This document shows, in pieces, positions 1-9,693 of a stretch of DNA of 64,000 nt. Position 1 is the stretch's first letter. Each line of letters starts with the position of its first letter. Under the pieces are notes generated by a model. It worked only from the letters and a program-made list of their open reading frames with translations, was not told where the DNA came from and searched no databases. Origin of the DNA: an uncultured Thermoplasmatales archaeon (lineage in GTDB: Archaea; Thermoplasmatota; Penumbrarchaeia; Penumbrarchaeales; Penumbrarchaeaceae); contig CAYULA010000002.1 of assembly GCA_964445525.1 (NCBI GenBank), positions 34,576-98,575 of the forward strand, in the 5' to 3' direction. The position numbers and the translations under genes are program-made.

Positions 1-213
1 TGCAATCATCTCAACGGATCTTTTCTCGGAGGGGCTGTTCACCGGAAACCCGGCCTCCAAAACATCGACACCGACCTCTTCCAGGGCCCTTGCTATGATC
101 ATCTTGCTGTCGGGAGAAAGCTGAATACCCGGTGCCTGCTCCCCGTCCCGGAGCGTCGTGTCGAAGATACCTACCTTACGAGAGAATTTACTCCCCCCCT
201 GACGCAAATGCAT
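1..213 (-). CDS. LeuA/CimA/homocitrate synthase family (2-isopropylmalate synthase-like), 5' part only; runs off the window edge
   Basis: Manual minus-strand translation from ATG at 213: [66 protein letters not shown] and EAGFP are DRE-TIM metallolyase motifs. Not in the ORF track. Confidence 0.9.
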   Translation of the reverse strand, partial: MHLRQGGSKFSRKVGIFDTTLRDGEQAPGIQLSPDSKMIIARALEEVGVDVLEAGFPVNSPSEKRSVEMIA

Positions 214-402
214 CCCTGGGATGTCTGTACAATTTATTATTACTATGCCAATATAAACGGAAAGGGGGGGTAGTCGAAAGTGAAATTACGGCAGAACTCC
301 CCGCCACGGGATTGATTGCTTAACCTCTCGATATTCTTATCGAAGCCCTTATCTACCTTCTCATTATCATGAGCCGAAGAACTGTTGTTTTCAAGGGGAC
401 GG

Positions 403-1083
403 ATGATGCTCAAGGAATACCCTCTCGAGGATACACTGCTCAACGGATTCGAATTCCCTGTTGCGGTGGTCGTGGAAGTGACAAAACAGGGTATTGTACT
501 TTCCAAGATGAGATACCTCAAGGCTGTAGGAGACATCATCAACCAGACAATAAGATGTCCCATGATAACGGTTTACGCCCACATGGGAACCTTCAGGGAT
601 CCTCATCTTGCCTCGGACATGATCAGCCCCATGGGAGTGGACCTCATTTACCATTTCCAGATAGACAAACAATATTTCAACGAGACCATAGAGACCATCA
701 AGAGGGGGAGGGCCACTCTGAACTTCCACAATCCTCAGACCAGGGATATGGCAAGAGGCCTGATGGAGAAGATAATGAAAAAGGACAAGATCAACTTCAG
801 GAGGTTGTCGGCCCAGGAGCAGGGCCTGATCCTTGAACCCTATGTATTCTATCTCTTCCAGAGGATAGGTGAAGGCAAGAGGAACGTCTTACAAAACGTA
901 GAGCTCCTGGAAAGAGAGGGTATTCTCAAGTGCGAGATCGGAAACGACACACTCCGCTACAGACCGGCACCGGCTCCCACAATGGAGCTGGATATTCTGA
1001 TGTTCACCGATCTGAAGTATCTGCCATCAATTTTGAGAGGTCTTGAGTCTCACGGGTTCAAGCACGAGATACAGAGAGGATGA
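403..1083 (+). CDS. hypothetical protein
   Basis: Long ORF (track 385..1083) with host-like codon usage. ATG at 403 follows a purine-rich stretch. No family recognised. Confidence 0.7.
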   Translation: MMLKEYPLEDTLLNGFEFPVAVVVEVTKQGIVLSKMRYLKAVGDIINQTIRCPMITVYAHMGTFRDPHLASDMISPMGVDLIYHFQIDKQYFNETIETIKRGRATLNFHNPQTRDMARGLMEKIMKKDKINFRRLSAQEQGLILEPYVFYLFQRIGEGKRNVLQNVELLEREGILKCEIGNDTLRYRPAPAPTMELDILMFTDLKYLPSILRGLESHGFKHEIQRG

Positions 1084-1086
1084 CCC

Positions 1087-1332
1087 TCATATTATTCTGA
1101 CATCCTTGGCTCCCATCTCCCTTAGAGATGGAACGAGATTGTCGACTATGAAATCCATGTCGTCGGGAGAAGGACCTCTGGATGAAAGGTCGGCCACGAC
1201 GTTCATTTCCCTCAATCCCTTGAAACCCACCACCGCGTCAAGCTCCTCCTCGATCTGGGTAAGGGGATTTCCGCCTTTTCCCTTTCCAAAGAGTATATGA
1301 ACGGTGTCCCCTGACTGAGAAATGGTGAACAT
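1087..1332 (-). CDS. small hypothetical protein, weak SpoIIAA/STAS-like resemblance
   Basis: 81 aa ORF filling the gap. The VVADLS...LVPSLREMGAKDVRII pattern is only suggestive. Confidence 0.55.
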   Translation of the reverse strand: MFTISQSGDTVHILFGKGKGGNPLTQIEEELDAVVGFKGLREMNVVADLSSRGPSPDDMDFIVDNLVPSLREMGAKDVRII

Positions 1333-1397
1333 AAAAGAACATTAATTTGACCTTATAAAAAATGTAATGTATATATTGCCTAGATATTACCGTTTTT

Positions 1398-3827
1398 TCA
1401 GGCATTTCGATCAGGAGATATGTATATGTATGTGGATTTCCCGCTCTTTTTCACCACTATCTGTCCCTTCTCCTTGAGTGCCTTGATATTGTAGTTCACG
1501 GTGGAGTTTGACACCGAAAGTTCTTCTGATATCTCCTTCTGTGACAGGCCGGGTTTTACCTGTATGAGTTCGACAATTTTTTTCTGTATGGGGGATAGAC
1601 TTACCCTGTCCTCATCTATGTGGTATCCGGCCGGATAGAACCTTCTGTACAATCCGTCCCTCTGGCTCCTTATCAGGTTCTCCTTCTCGAGGGTGTAGAG
1701 GTGGTGGGCCAGGGTGCCGTTTGTAAGGTTCAGATTGACCAGTATTGCCCTGAAATGCTCTCCCGGATTGTTCTGGACATAGACGTATATCCTCTTTCTC
1801 AACCTGTTGGAGAGTAGATGCTCGGGTTTCAGTTTGCTGTATAGAGGGAAGAGACTGGCAAATAGCGGATATCTCACATATTCCGTGTTTATGAAAAGTA
1901 AAAGGGATGTCAGAACGATCGCTCCGCCACCGGCTGCCACCACAGCCGTGCTTGTCTCTATCTTTCCGCCCTCTCCCTCACCATCGGGATCGCCCGATCC
2001 CGATTTCACAGGGATCACGTTGATAGGTTCGGTCATGTCATTATCATCGTTGTCCGTCTCCTCGGACCCCTCGGGAGGCACAAGTATCGCCCTGATCTTC
2101 TGGGTTGAAGGCCTGGCGGACCAGTTGAATAATATTGTCATCTCCTCCCCCGAATTCAGCGAGACGGGTTTGGAGGAGACCTTGTTGTTGGAAAGTGAAT
2201 AGGATATCTCGTACAGTTCAAGGGTGAGCCCGCTCATGTCCAGATTTGAAGGGTTGTTTACGGTAACATTCACCTGTATGTTCTCCCCTTCGTCTATGGG
2301 TCTGTTCGGAAGAACAATTGAGGTAACCGCCACGTTGGGGAGCTCTATCATGGTAACCGGAACCACGAATTCGGTGGCAAGGACCCATTCCTTCTTGTCC
2401 TCCAGCGGGACCCTGATATCCACCTTGAAGGAGAATTCTAAGGGGACGTTTACGCTTTTGGGATACAGTATTATCTTGATATTGTTGAAATTGGAAGGGG
2501 CGAGATTGAAGGAATGATGATTGATATCGGATATGAAGCACGACGGTAGCTCTTCTAGGTCCAGTATGACCTGGGTTGATGATTCGCCGTCGTTGTGAAC
2601 CCTGAAATTGACGATTATGTCCGATCCCATTTTTGCCTCGCTCACCTCCAGATTGGAATACGAGATATTGGAATCGGAATTAACCACCACGGTCATCTTG
2701 CCTTCCACAACGTTTGCGTTGTCAGATTTTCCGTCAAGAATGATATCGAAGATCCCTGACCTGTTTCCGGGGGAGGCAACGTGCACGGTAACGGTCCTTG
2801 TCTCCCCCACTTCAAGGGTGTAGGATCCCCCTATGTCGAAAGTATAGTCCCAATCCATCTGCTGGAACGGACCTGAAAGAACCTTCAATTCCGGTTCGAA
2901 AGTGGAGGGTTTCACCCCGTTATGCATAAGATCGAACTGCAGGTGCATCTGCTCCCCGCTTCTGGATTCCACCATGGAATTGACGGGCTGGATGGATAGC
3001 GTTGAAGGATTTATGACCTTGAAATTGAAATCTATCCTGTCTGCACCCTTCCCCACTCCAAATAAGGAATACATCTCCGAAGCGGACCTGACAGATATTG
3101 TCTGGATATCCCCAACCTTGGCGGTTTCGGGAACACCGATCAGAAGCTTTGTAATGTATATGGTTCCGGACTGGAGATTCACCGTCTGGGACTGGTCCTC
3201 GTACTGGAATCTCGCCTCCCAGGATGATTGATGTTCCCCGATGGTGATCGTAATGTCATCTACCAGATCTCCCGGATTCCTCAAAAGGACCTCCATGTAG
3301 GTCCTCTGTCCGGGATAGACCTTGATCTCGACCTCCTTGCCCGAATCGGGATAGACAAGCAACTCGTGATCGACCTCCGCTTCCAGCCGAACCACAGCAA
3401 TTATGAATGCCCTGTCCCCGGTGAGATTTGCTATACCGTCGATCCGGATCTGGTATTCGCCCTCGGGATCCATCATGATGTTCTTGGGGATGGCTACATC
3501 CAGCAATATGGAGCTCCTCCCTTTTCCGGGGACCTGCACCGAACCGGTGACATAGACGTTCCAACCCTCCGGGGAAAGTAGTTCCATGATAACCGTTTGA
3601 TCCAGTTCATGGTCATTATTTACCCATATACTGTATTCCAGTTCGTCGCCCGGCGAAGCTGTCTTAACCGGATATCCGGCATCGGTAACATCGTCTCCCT
3701 CGTCGGCCTCCATGGTGATGGTTCCTTCGTTGATTTCCGCTCCGGAAACCGGATCCGCAATGATCATTGCCAGAAAGAACAGAGCCATAACTGAAAGGGC
3801 CAGTATGGAGGTCGCCTTACCGTTCAT
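1398..3827 (-). CDS. membrane-anchored transcriptional regulator: signal peptide, Ig-like (NEW3/CARDB-like) repeats, TM helix, C-terminal double winged-HTH (COG3398-like)
   Basis: Start MNGKATSILALSVMALFF with GGAGG upstream. Beta-rich repeats are followed by TM AVVAAGGGAIVLTSLLLF and two wHTH units (RKRIYVYVQNNPGEHF...GTLAHHLYTLEKE and PGLSQKEISEELSVSNSTVNYNIKAL). Confidence 0.85.
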   Translation of the reverse strand: MNGKATSILALSVMALFFLAMIIADPVSGAEINEGTITMEADEGDDVTDAGYPVKTASPGDELEYSIWVNNDHELDQTVIMELLSPEGWNVYVTGSVQVPGKGRSSILLDVAIPKNIMMDPEGEYQIRIDGIANLTGDRAFIIAVVRLEAEVDHELLVYPDSGKEVEIKVYPGQRTYMEVLLRNPGDLVDDITITIGEHQSSWEARFQYEDQSQTVNLQSGTIYITKLLIGVPETAKVGDIQTISVRSASEMYSLFGVGKGADRIDFNFKVINPSTLSIQPVNSMVESRSGEQMHLQFDLMHNGVKPSTFEPELKVLSGPFQQMDWDYTFDIGGSYTLEVGETRTVTVHVASPGNRSGIFDIILDGKSDNANVVEGKMTVVVNSDSNISYSNLEVSEAKMGSDIIVNFRVHNDGESSTQVILDLEELPSCFISDINHHSFNLAPSNFNNIKIILYPKSVNVPLEFSFKVDIRVPLEDKKEWVLATEFVVPVTMIELPNVAVTSIVLPNRPIDEGENIQVNVTVNNPSNLDMSGLTLELYEISYSLSNNKVSSKPVSLNSGEEMTILFNWSARPSTQKIRAILVPPEGSEETDNDDNDMTEPINVIPVKSGSGDPDGEGEGGKIETSTAVVAAGGGAIVLTSLLLFINTEYVRYPLFASLFPLYSKLKPEHLLSNRLRKRIYVYVQNNPGEHFRAILVNLNLTNGTLAHHLYTLEKENLIRSQRDGLYRRFYPAGYHIDEDRVSLSPIQKKIVELIQVKPGLSQKEISEELSVSNSTVNYNIKALKEKGQIVVKKSGKSTYIYISPDRNA

Positions 3828-4020
3828 GTTATTCCAATCCTCCGTAAGACTATTTAAGCCCATTAGTACAGGGATTGGATTGATTATTCTTATTGGTTTG
3901 CAAATTTATACTTTCTTGATCCGATTATTTTGTCCGTTTGTAAGAGCGCCGGAAAGGAAAATAATATAGTATTAAATCTCATCGGGAACCATCGACCCAG
4001 CTGGTCCAAGAGGTGTTCTC

Positions 4021-4461
4021 ATGTTTGAGGGTAAGGAGAGAATGGGCATGTTCTCCAGAACTATCGGAACGCGAATCAATTTGGTCCTCGGGATCATTGC
4101 CCTTATGATAATAATCGGGTCGCTCTCAGCACTGGTGTACAACGCCGCCAACACGAAATCAACAGATATCCTCACCGTGAACGGAAAGGAATATGATTGG
4201 GGGGCACTGGAAAGCGATTTCGACACAATGGAATCGGAGGGACACAGCGGAATACCCGTTGTTGATCTCCTGGAGGACGCCGGGATCGATGACCCGGAGG
4301 GCAGATCCTTCAGATTCACAGGGGCTGACGGCTACGAGAAGGAGGTCCCCTTCTCCGACATGGACAACGGAATGATCGATACAGATGAGAAGAAGGTCAT
4401 ATTTCCCGGACTTGCCAAGGCGTTCTGGGTGAGGGACCTCGTTGAGATAGAGGTGGTATGA
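4021..4461 (+). CDS. membrane-anchored protein with one truncated molybdopterin-oxidoreductase (Oxidored_molyb)-like domain
   Basis: N-terminal TM helix. GIPVVDLLEDAG...FRFTGADGYEKEV...VIFPGLAKAFWVRDLVEIEV resembles the C-terminal half of the sulfite-oxidase/MsrP domain. GAGGTG at 4010. Confidence 0.65.
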   Translation: MFEGKERMGMFSRTIGTRINLVLGIIALMIIIGSLSALVYNAANTKSTDILTVNGKEYDWGALESDFDTMESEGHSGIPVVDLLEDAGIDDPEGRSFRFTGADGYEKEVPFSDMDNGMIDTDEKKVIFPGLAKAFWVRDLVEIEVV

Positions 4462-4462
4462 G

Positions 4463-5188
4463 ATGAAAAGGAAAGCGGTTATGCCTTTAATCGGGATGGG
4501 CCTGATCCTACTCTCTGTAATCGTTCTGGGATGCACCGAAGAAGAAGATGAAGAAGAAGGTGTGGCAATAACGGTTGCCGGAGAGGAGGTTTCCCTGGAT
4601 GAGGTCTTCGACGATTACCAGATGAAGACCGTTTCTAGCGGAGGCAGCACTTACGAGGGTGTCTCTCTGAGCGATGTGATAAATGAAACCGCCCTAACAG
4701 ATCCTTCCGATTTGCAGTACAAGATCACGGCAAGCGACGGCTGGAATCAGGATGTGACCTGGGCTGATATGATGACGGGAGTCCTTGTTGAGGAGGAGAC
4801 CATGACAGCCTTCCCCAATCTTCCCGGAAAATACAGGATAAGGGATGTGGTCAAGATCGAAGCCGTGGATGCCGATACCATAGAGGTCAACGGTCATCTC
4901 TTCACTTGGAAACAGCCCTTCCACATCATTGACGAGACCGTCACCATGCAGGATGCGGAAAACAACACGATCGAGGGAATATACCTCTCCGATGTGGTCA
5001 ACATCACCGGTCTGACAGATCAGGGAACCCATGGTTATGACCTCCAGGCGGGTGACGGATACAACCAGACGGTGACCTGGGAGGACATGACGAAGGGACT
5101 TCTCGTGGAAGAGGAGAAAAAATGCTTCTTCCCGCATCTTTCCAAAAAATACCACGTTTCCGATATAATCAAGATAGAGGTGATATGA
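4463..5188 (+). CDS. lipoprotein with two tandem truncated Oxidored_molyb-like domains
   Basis: Lipobox VLGC. Two internal repeats: GVSLSDVI...ASDGWNQDVTWADM...FPNLPGKYRIRDVVKIE and GIYLSDVV...AGDGYNQTVTWEDM...FPHLSKKYHVSDIIKIE. Confidence 0.65.
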   Translation: MKRKAVMPLIGMGLILLSVIVLGCTEEEDEEEGVAITVAGEEVSLDEVFDDYQMKTVSSGGSTYEGVSLSDVINETALTDPSDLQYKITASDGWNQDVTWADMMTGVLVEEETMTAFPNLPGKYRIRDVVKIEAVDADTIEVNGHLFTWKQPFHIIDETVTMQDAENNTIEGIYLSDVVNITGLTDQGTHGYDLQAGDGYNQTVTWEDMTKGLLVEEEKKCFFPHLSKKYHVSDIIKIEVI

Positions 5189-5871
5189 AAATGTTAGAGA
5201 AGAGATCTGCCACGGAATACGGGATGATCGCAGCCGGGATAATCCTCCTTGGATCCATCTGGGGTCTGCTGGAATGCACCATCGGAGGTATGAAATGGGA
5301 GGTGGCCGGTCTCTACGTTTCCATGGGTGCTGTCATGGCGGGTCTTTTTGGACTTGCATTCATGATACTGGCCAGGAGAATATTCGATTTCCCGGGTGCC
5401 GCACTCTCGGTGGCTCTGGTCGCATCCCTATTGAGGTTCATCGCACCGGTTGGTTCATGCGTCATCTGTTCCGCCATAGCCATAGGTGTCGAAGGCCTCG
5501 TCTTCGAGATGATAGTAAGCAGGAAGGTGTTCCTGGGTAACCTCCGGGGAAGCAAGGATTTCAGGACCCTGGCCTTTCTCGGGGTCATCAGCGGATTCAC
5601 CGTTTTCACGGTGGGTTACATAACCACCCAGGTCCTAACGCCCGTCTTTACCGGGGGGACCCTTGTTGTAATGGATGTGGTTGACATCCTTCCGTTGATA
5701 GTGGGAAGGGCCTTTTATGCGGCGGTTCTGGGAGGAATATCCGTTCCGGTCATTGCTCTTTACGACAACCTCCATCTGGATGTTAGCAAATGGAACAAGG
5801 GTGCCTATTTCGCGGGTTCAACTGCCATAAGCGCTGTTTGCTGGATACTGGTGATATTCATTCTGTTCTGA
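5185..5871 (+). CDS. integral membrane protein, ECF transporter S-component-like
   Basis: About 6 TM helices with LGSIWGLLE near the N-terminus and AIGVEGLVFE. Start overlaps the upstream stop (ATGA). Confidence 0.55.
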   Translation: MKMLEKRSATEYGMIAAGIILLGSIWGLLECTIGGMKWEVAGLYVSMGAVMAGLFGLAFMILARRIFDFPGAALSVALVASLLRFIAPVGSCVICSAIAIGVEGLVFEMIVSRKVFLGNLRGSKDFRTLAFLGVISGFTVFTVGYITTQVLTPVFTGGTLVVMDVVDILPLIVGRAFYAAVLGGISVPVIALYDNLHLDVSKWNKGAYFAGSTAISAVCWILVIFILF

Positions 5872-5881
5872 GGTGTTGCAG

Positions 5882-6331
5882 ATGACAGATACTGTAAAAA
5901 TAATAAAATTTCATCCGGATAAATGCAAGGGACACAGGGAATGCGAGAAGGCCTGTTCCCGGATCCATTTCAAATCCGACGAAGGTGGGGACAAGTCGGC
6001 CATCCACATAATCAAGACCGAGTCTGGTTACAAGATGGTCAACTGCAACCAGAACGGATTGTGTATGGATGTATGCCCGGTTCAGGCAATAAAAAGGCTT
6101 CCCAGCGGAGTGGTTACCGTCGATAAGAAGACCTGCATAGGATGCATGACATGTGTGGCATTCTGTCCCATGGACGGTATGAGAAGAGCCGAGGGCATGG
6201 TTGTTCCCCACAAATGCATCTCCTGCGGTGCATGCGTCAGGGCCTGTCCCGAGGGAGCTCTCGAACTGGTCGAGGTCAATATCAAGGACATAGAACAGAG
6301 GGTATACATTCATCAGGGGGTGTGCGAGTGA
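5882..6331 (+). CDS. 4Fe-4S dicluster ferredoxin subunit of the AOR
   Basis: Cys clusters CKGHRECEKAC, CNQNGLCMDVCP, CIGCMTCVAFCP and CISCGACVRACP. Confidence 0.92.
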   Translation: MTDTVKIIKFHPDKCKGHRECEKACSRIHFKSDEGGDKSAIHIIKTESGYKMVNCNQNGLCMDVCPVQAIKRLPSGVVTVDKKTCIGCMTCVAFCPMDGMRRAEGMVVPHKCISCGACVRACPEGALELVEVNIKDIEQRVYIHQGVCE

Positions 6332-8682
6332 GCGGTAAATGCCTGAATCATGCAAGTACAGCGAGGACCATAGGAAGGGGAAACGGCCCCTTCGTTACCA
6401 ACAACACCGAGATAGAGGTGGATGTTGAAGGACTGAGGTCCGGCCACAAGGTCCTTGCAGAATACAAATACGACAAAAAACCAATCGAAAGGGGATATGC
6501 CGGCCGCCTTCTCCATGTCAACCTCACCGATCTAGAGTTCAGGGAGATACCCCTTGAAGAGGATGTCAAGGAGAAATTCACCGGAGGAAAAGGATTCGGC
6601 CTCAAGATGATGTGGGATCATATGGGACCGGATACCAGATGGAACGATCCGGAAAACATCCTGGCTCTGAACAGCGGCCCGATGAACGGAACCACCCAGT
6701 ATTCGGGAATGGGGAAAGCACTCTCCACAACCGTATCTCCCTCTACAGACATCATTTGCGATTCCAATGCGGGAGGATATTTCGCCCCCTACCTGAAATT
6801 CTGCGGATTCGATTCAATCTCCATTCAGGGAAAAGCGAAAGAGGATGTGGTCATTTTCATCGATGGGGTGGAAGGCAAGATCACCATCGAGACAGCACCC
6901 CACGAGGAGACCAACTCCCACATCCTTGCAGAGCAGTTGACCCGTATGTACGCAAAGGAGGATACCGAATCCTCCAGGCAGAAAGTGTCGGTGGTATCGG
7001 CGGGAAAAGGATCGGAGAACTCTTACTGGGGAATACTGAACATCTCGTTCTACGACCCGAGGAGGAAGGTCCCCAGGATAAAACAGCACGGCAGGGGCGG
7101 TCTCGGGACGGTACTGAGGGACAAGAAGGTCAAAGCCCTGGTATCCAGGATCGAGGGTTTCGGAGGAATGACCAATAATCCGGTTGATGTGGACAGGATC
7201 TCCAAGACCGGAATAAAGCATCACAGGGAGATCAGGGACCTCGACATGTACGAGAACAACATGAGAACCGTTGGAACCGGAAATCTCGTGGAGATCATGG
7301 ATGCCTACGATCTGCTTCCAACTGAGAATTACCGATTCGGAGGTTTCCCAAAAGCATCCAGGATATTTTCGACAAAATTCTATCACTATTTCACCCAGGG
7401 AATACCGGATGGATGCTGGTACGGATGCAACATCGCCTGTTCCAAGGCCGTTGACGGCTTTCTCCTGAAAACCGGCCCCTACAAGGGCAAGAGAGTGACC
7501 GTGGACGGTCCAGAATACGAGACCATAGCCGGCGGTTCCAACATGTCCATGTGGGATCCGGAGTGGATACTGGAGTTCAACTTCTACTGCGATACCTACG
7601 GCCTGGATACGATCTCCGCGGCCACCTCCATTGCATTCTACATGGAGATGTACGAATACGGAATACTGTCCAAGGAAAGATGCGACGGTCTGGAACTGTG
7701 CTTCGGCAATGCCCACGCCGTACTTGAGTTCCTTCACCGGATCGCATCCGGTGACAACAGCGAGTTCATCCAGGTGGCTTCCAAGGGCACCAGGAGAATG
7801 AAGGACTGGCTCAAGGAGAAAAAATGGGGAGTTCCGGACCTCATAGAGCATGCCGGAATGGAGATCAAGGGTTTGGAGTACTCCGAATATGTTTCAAAGG
7901 AATCCCTTGCGCAGCAGGGAGGCTTCGCACTTGCCACCAAAGGACCCCAGCATGACGAGGCCTGGCTTATCTTCATGGACATGGTCAACAATCAGATACC
8001 GACCTTCAAGGACAAGGCCGAGGCCCTTCACTATTTCCCCGTATGGAGGACCTGGTTCGGCCTTGTGGGCCTCTGCAAACTGCCCTGGAACGATATCGTT
8101 CCCGCAGACAACGCGGAAAAGGACGAACCCGCCAAGATTCCCGAACACGTTCAGAACTATGCGGATATCATGAGCGGAGTGACAGGCAAGGCAATAGGTC
8201 CCGATGATCTCATCGACCAGTCGGAAAGGGTCTACAACTGGCAGAGGGCCATGAGCGTCTGGATGGGAAAGGGAAGGAGGATACACGATATGCCTCCCTA
8301 CAGGTCCATGGGTCCTGTCACCGAGATGGAATACCTTTCCCGGGAGGAACGATACGACGGGCAGCTGAAAGACATCGTTGGCCTGGATGAGGAGACAATC
8401 GAGAAGATGTCCGTTCAGGACAAGATAGGTGTCCTCAGGGAATACAGATACGGTCAATATGAAAAGCTGGTGGATTCGGTCTATTACAGGAGGGGATGGA
8501 CACCCAACGGAGTACCGACTCCCGAGAAGATGAAGGAGCTGGGATTCTCCGACGAGAAGGAGATGCTGGACATTCTCCAGAAGGCCATAGACGATGATGA
8601 CGCAAACGGCCTCAACGTCTGGGGTGGGAAATATTCCGAAGGTGAGGATAAACCTTCAGATGACCAGAGATACTGGGAGTAG
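6328..8682 (+). CDS. aor: tungsten-dependent aldehyde:ferredoxin oxidoreductase (AOR/WOR family)
   Basis: Motifs GYAGRLLHVNLT, SNAGG, GRGGLG, GCNIAC, GPEYET, CDTYGLDTIS and YYRRGWTPNGVPT. GTG start at 6328 overlaps the ferredoxin stop. Confidence 0.93.
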   Translation: MSGKCLNHASTARTIGRGNGPFVTNNTEIEVDVEGLRSGHKVLAEYKYDKKPIERGYAGRLLHVNLTDLEFREIPLEEDVKEKFTGGKGFGLKMMWDHMGPDTRWNDPENILALNSGPMNGTTQYSGMGKALSTTVSPSTDIICDSNAGGYFAPYLKFCGFDSISIQGKAKEDVVIFIDGVEGKITIETAPHEETNSHILAEQLTRMYAKEDTESSRQKVSVVSAGKGSENSYWGILNISFYDPRRKVPRIKQHGRGGLGTVLRDKKVKALVSRIEGFGGMTNNPVDVDRISKTGIKHHREIRDLDMYENNMRTVGTGNLVEIMDAYDLLPTENYRFGGFPKASRIFSTKFYHYFTQGIPDGCWYGCNIACSKAVDGFLLKTGPYKGKRVTVDGPEYETIAGGSNMSMWDPEWILEFNFYCDTYGLDTISAATSIAFYMEMYEYGILSKERCDGLELCFGNAHAVLEFLHRIASGDNSEFIQVASKGTRRMKDWLKEKKWGVPDLIEHAGMEIKGLEYSEYVSKESLAQQGGFALATKGPQHDEAWLIFMDMVNNQIPTFKDKAEALHYFPVWRTWFGLVGLCKLPWNDIVPADNAEKDEPAKIPEHVQNYADIMSGVTGKAIGPDDLIDQSERVYNWQRAMSVWMGKGRRIHDMPPYRSMGPVTEMEYLSREERYDGQLKDIVGLDEETIEKMSVQDKIGVLREYRYGQYEKLVDSVYYRRGWTPNGVPTPEKMKELGFSDEKEMLDILQKAIDDDDANGLNVWGGKYSEGEDKPSDDQRYWE

Positions 8683-8687
8683 AGACG

Positions 8688-9302
8688 GTGAAACACCGGA
8701 CACTAACCGGGCCCCATGATAAAAACAGGGTGGCTGAGAGACTCCGGGATTCCTATGTAGGCATAGCCGGCGCCGGAGGCCTCGGATCCAATGTGGCAAT
8801 GTCTCTGGCCAGGGCGGGAGTCGGCCGTCTGCTCATAGCGGATTTCGACAGGGTCGAGGAATCCAATCTCAACAGGCAGTATTTCTTTCTGGATCAGGTG
8901 GGCATGTACAAGGTGGATGCACTCAAGAAGAATATTCAAAAAGCGGTCAGGGACTGCAAGGTTGAGGTCCTGAACAGGAAGCTCGAAAGAGGATCAATGG
9001 CAGCTCCTTTTTCTGAAGTCGATGTGATCGTGGAAGCCCTGGATTCGGCCTCGGTCAAGGTTGCTTTCATAGAGGAGGTCCTGACCGAATTTCCCGAAAA
9101 GCACCTCGTGGCCGCATCTGGAGTGGCAGGAATAGGCGGTTCGAACAGGATAGTTCAGAAGGACCTTGGAAATCTCATATTGGTTGAGGACCCTCAGGCG
9201 CTTTCAAGTGATGTGGAAGTTCTGCTTTCCCCCAAGGTGGGTCAATTCGCGCATCATCAGGCAAACATAGTCCTCCAGCTTCTCCTGGAGGGTGATAGAT
9301 GA
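8688..9302 (+). CDS. thiF: ThiF/MoeB-family sulfur-carrier adenylyltransferase
   Basis: GIAGAGGLGS and DFDRVEESNLNRQ motifs. Confidence 0.9.
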   Translation: MKHRTLTGPHDKNRVAERLRDSYVGIAGAGGLGSNVAMSLARAGVGRLLIADFDRVEESNLNRQYFFLDQVGMYKVDALKKNIQKAVRDCKVEVLNRKLERGSMAAPFSEVDVIVEALDSASVKVAFIEEVLTEFPEKHLVAASGVAGIGGSNRIVQKDLGNLILVEDPQALSSDVEVLLSPKVGQFAHHQANIVLQLLLEGDR

Positions 9303-9499
9303 CAATTACGGTCAACAGGAGGCCGGTGGAATTCGTGGAGGGCGAGACCGTAAAGGACCTCATCAAGAGAATGAGATATACATTCCCTCTACTTGTGGTC
9401 AAGGTTGACGGTAAGCTTGTTCCCGGAAAGCAACAGAAGGATTTCTTGATAGAGGACGGTTCCAGTATCGATATCATTCACCTTACCAGCGGAGGGTAG
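9299..9499 (+). CDS. thiS: ThiS/MoaD ubiquitin-like sulfur carrier
   Basis: 66 aa with a beta-grasp pattern and C-terminal SGG. Confidence 0.9.
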   Translation: MTITVNRRPVEFVEGETVKDLIKRMRYTFPLLVVKVDGKLVPGKQQKDFLIEDGSSIDIIHLTSGG

Positions 9500-9502
9500 A
9501 GC

Positions 9503-9685
9503 ATGGTTATTACAGATGAAAGAGCAAGAGAGAGGTTTACAGAGATCGCCGTTGAAGGCAGGATTTCCTGTGCAAAGTGTTTCGAGATAGCAGACGAATT
9601 TCATCTGGATAGGAGAGAGATCGCCGAAACATTGACGCAGATGGGCATAAAGATCGTACACTGCCAGCTGGGTTGTTTTCCCTGA
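9503..9685 (+). CDS. small Cys-rich protein in the pterin-cofactor operon
   Basis: ISCAKCFEIA...IKIVHCQLGCFP; co-oriented within the operon. Confidence 0.75.
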   Translation: MVITDERARERFTEIAVEGRISCAKCFEIADEFHLDRREIAETLTQMGIKIVHCQLGCFP

Positions 9686-9693
9686 GTGGTATC

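Noticed and set aside
6814..7851. 345-aa antisense ORF within aor, and similar long shadow ORFs at 23955-24905, 25014-25955 and 59061-60152
   Set aside because: They lie antisense to well-supported genes, show no motifs, and are expected from the biased codon usage.
9299..9685. thiS TAG stop is in frame with the next ORF (ggg tag agc atg), which could suggest pyrrolysine readthrough
   Set aside because: ThiS/MoaD needs a free C-terminal GG, the next ORF has its own GGAGG SD and ATG, and no pyl genes are in the window.
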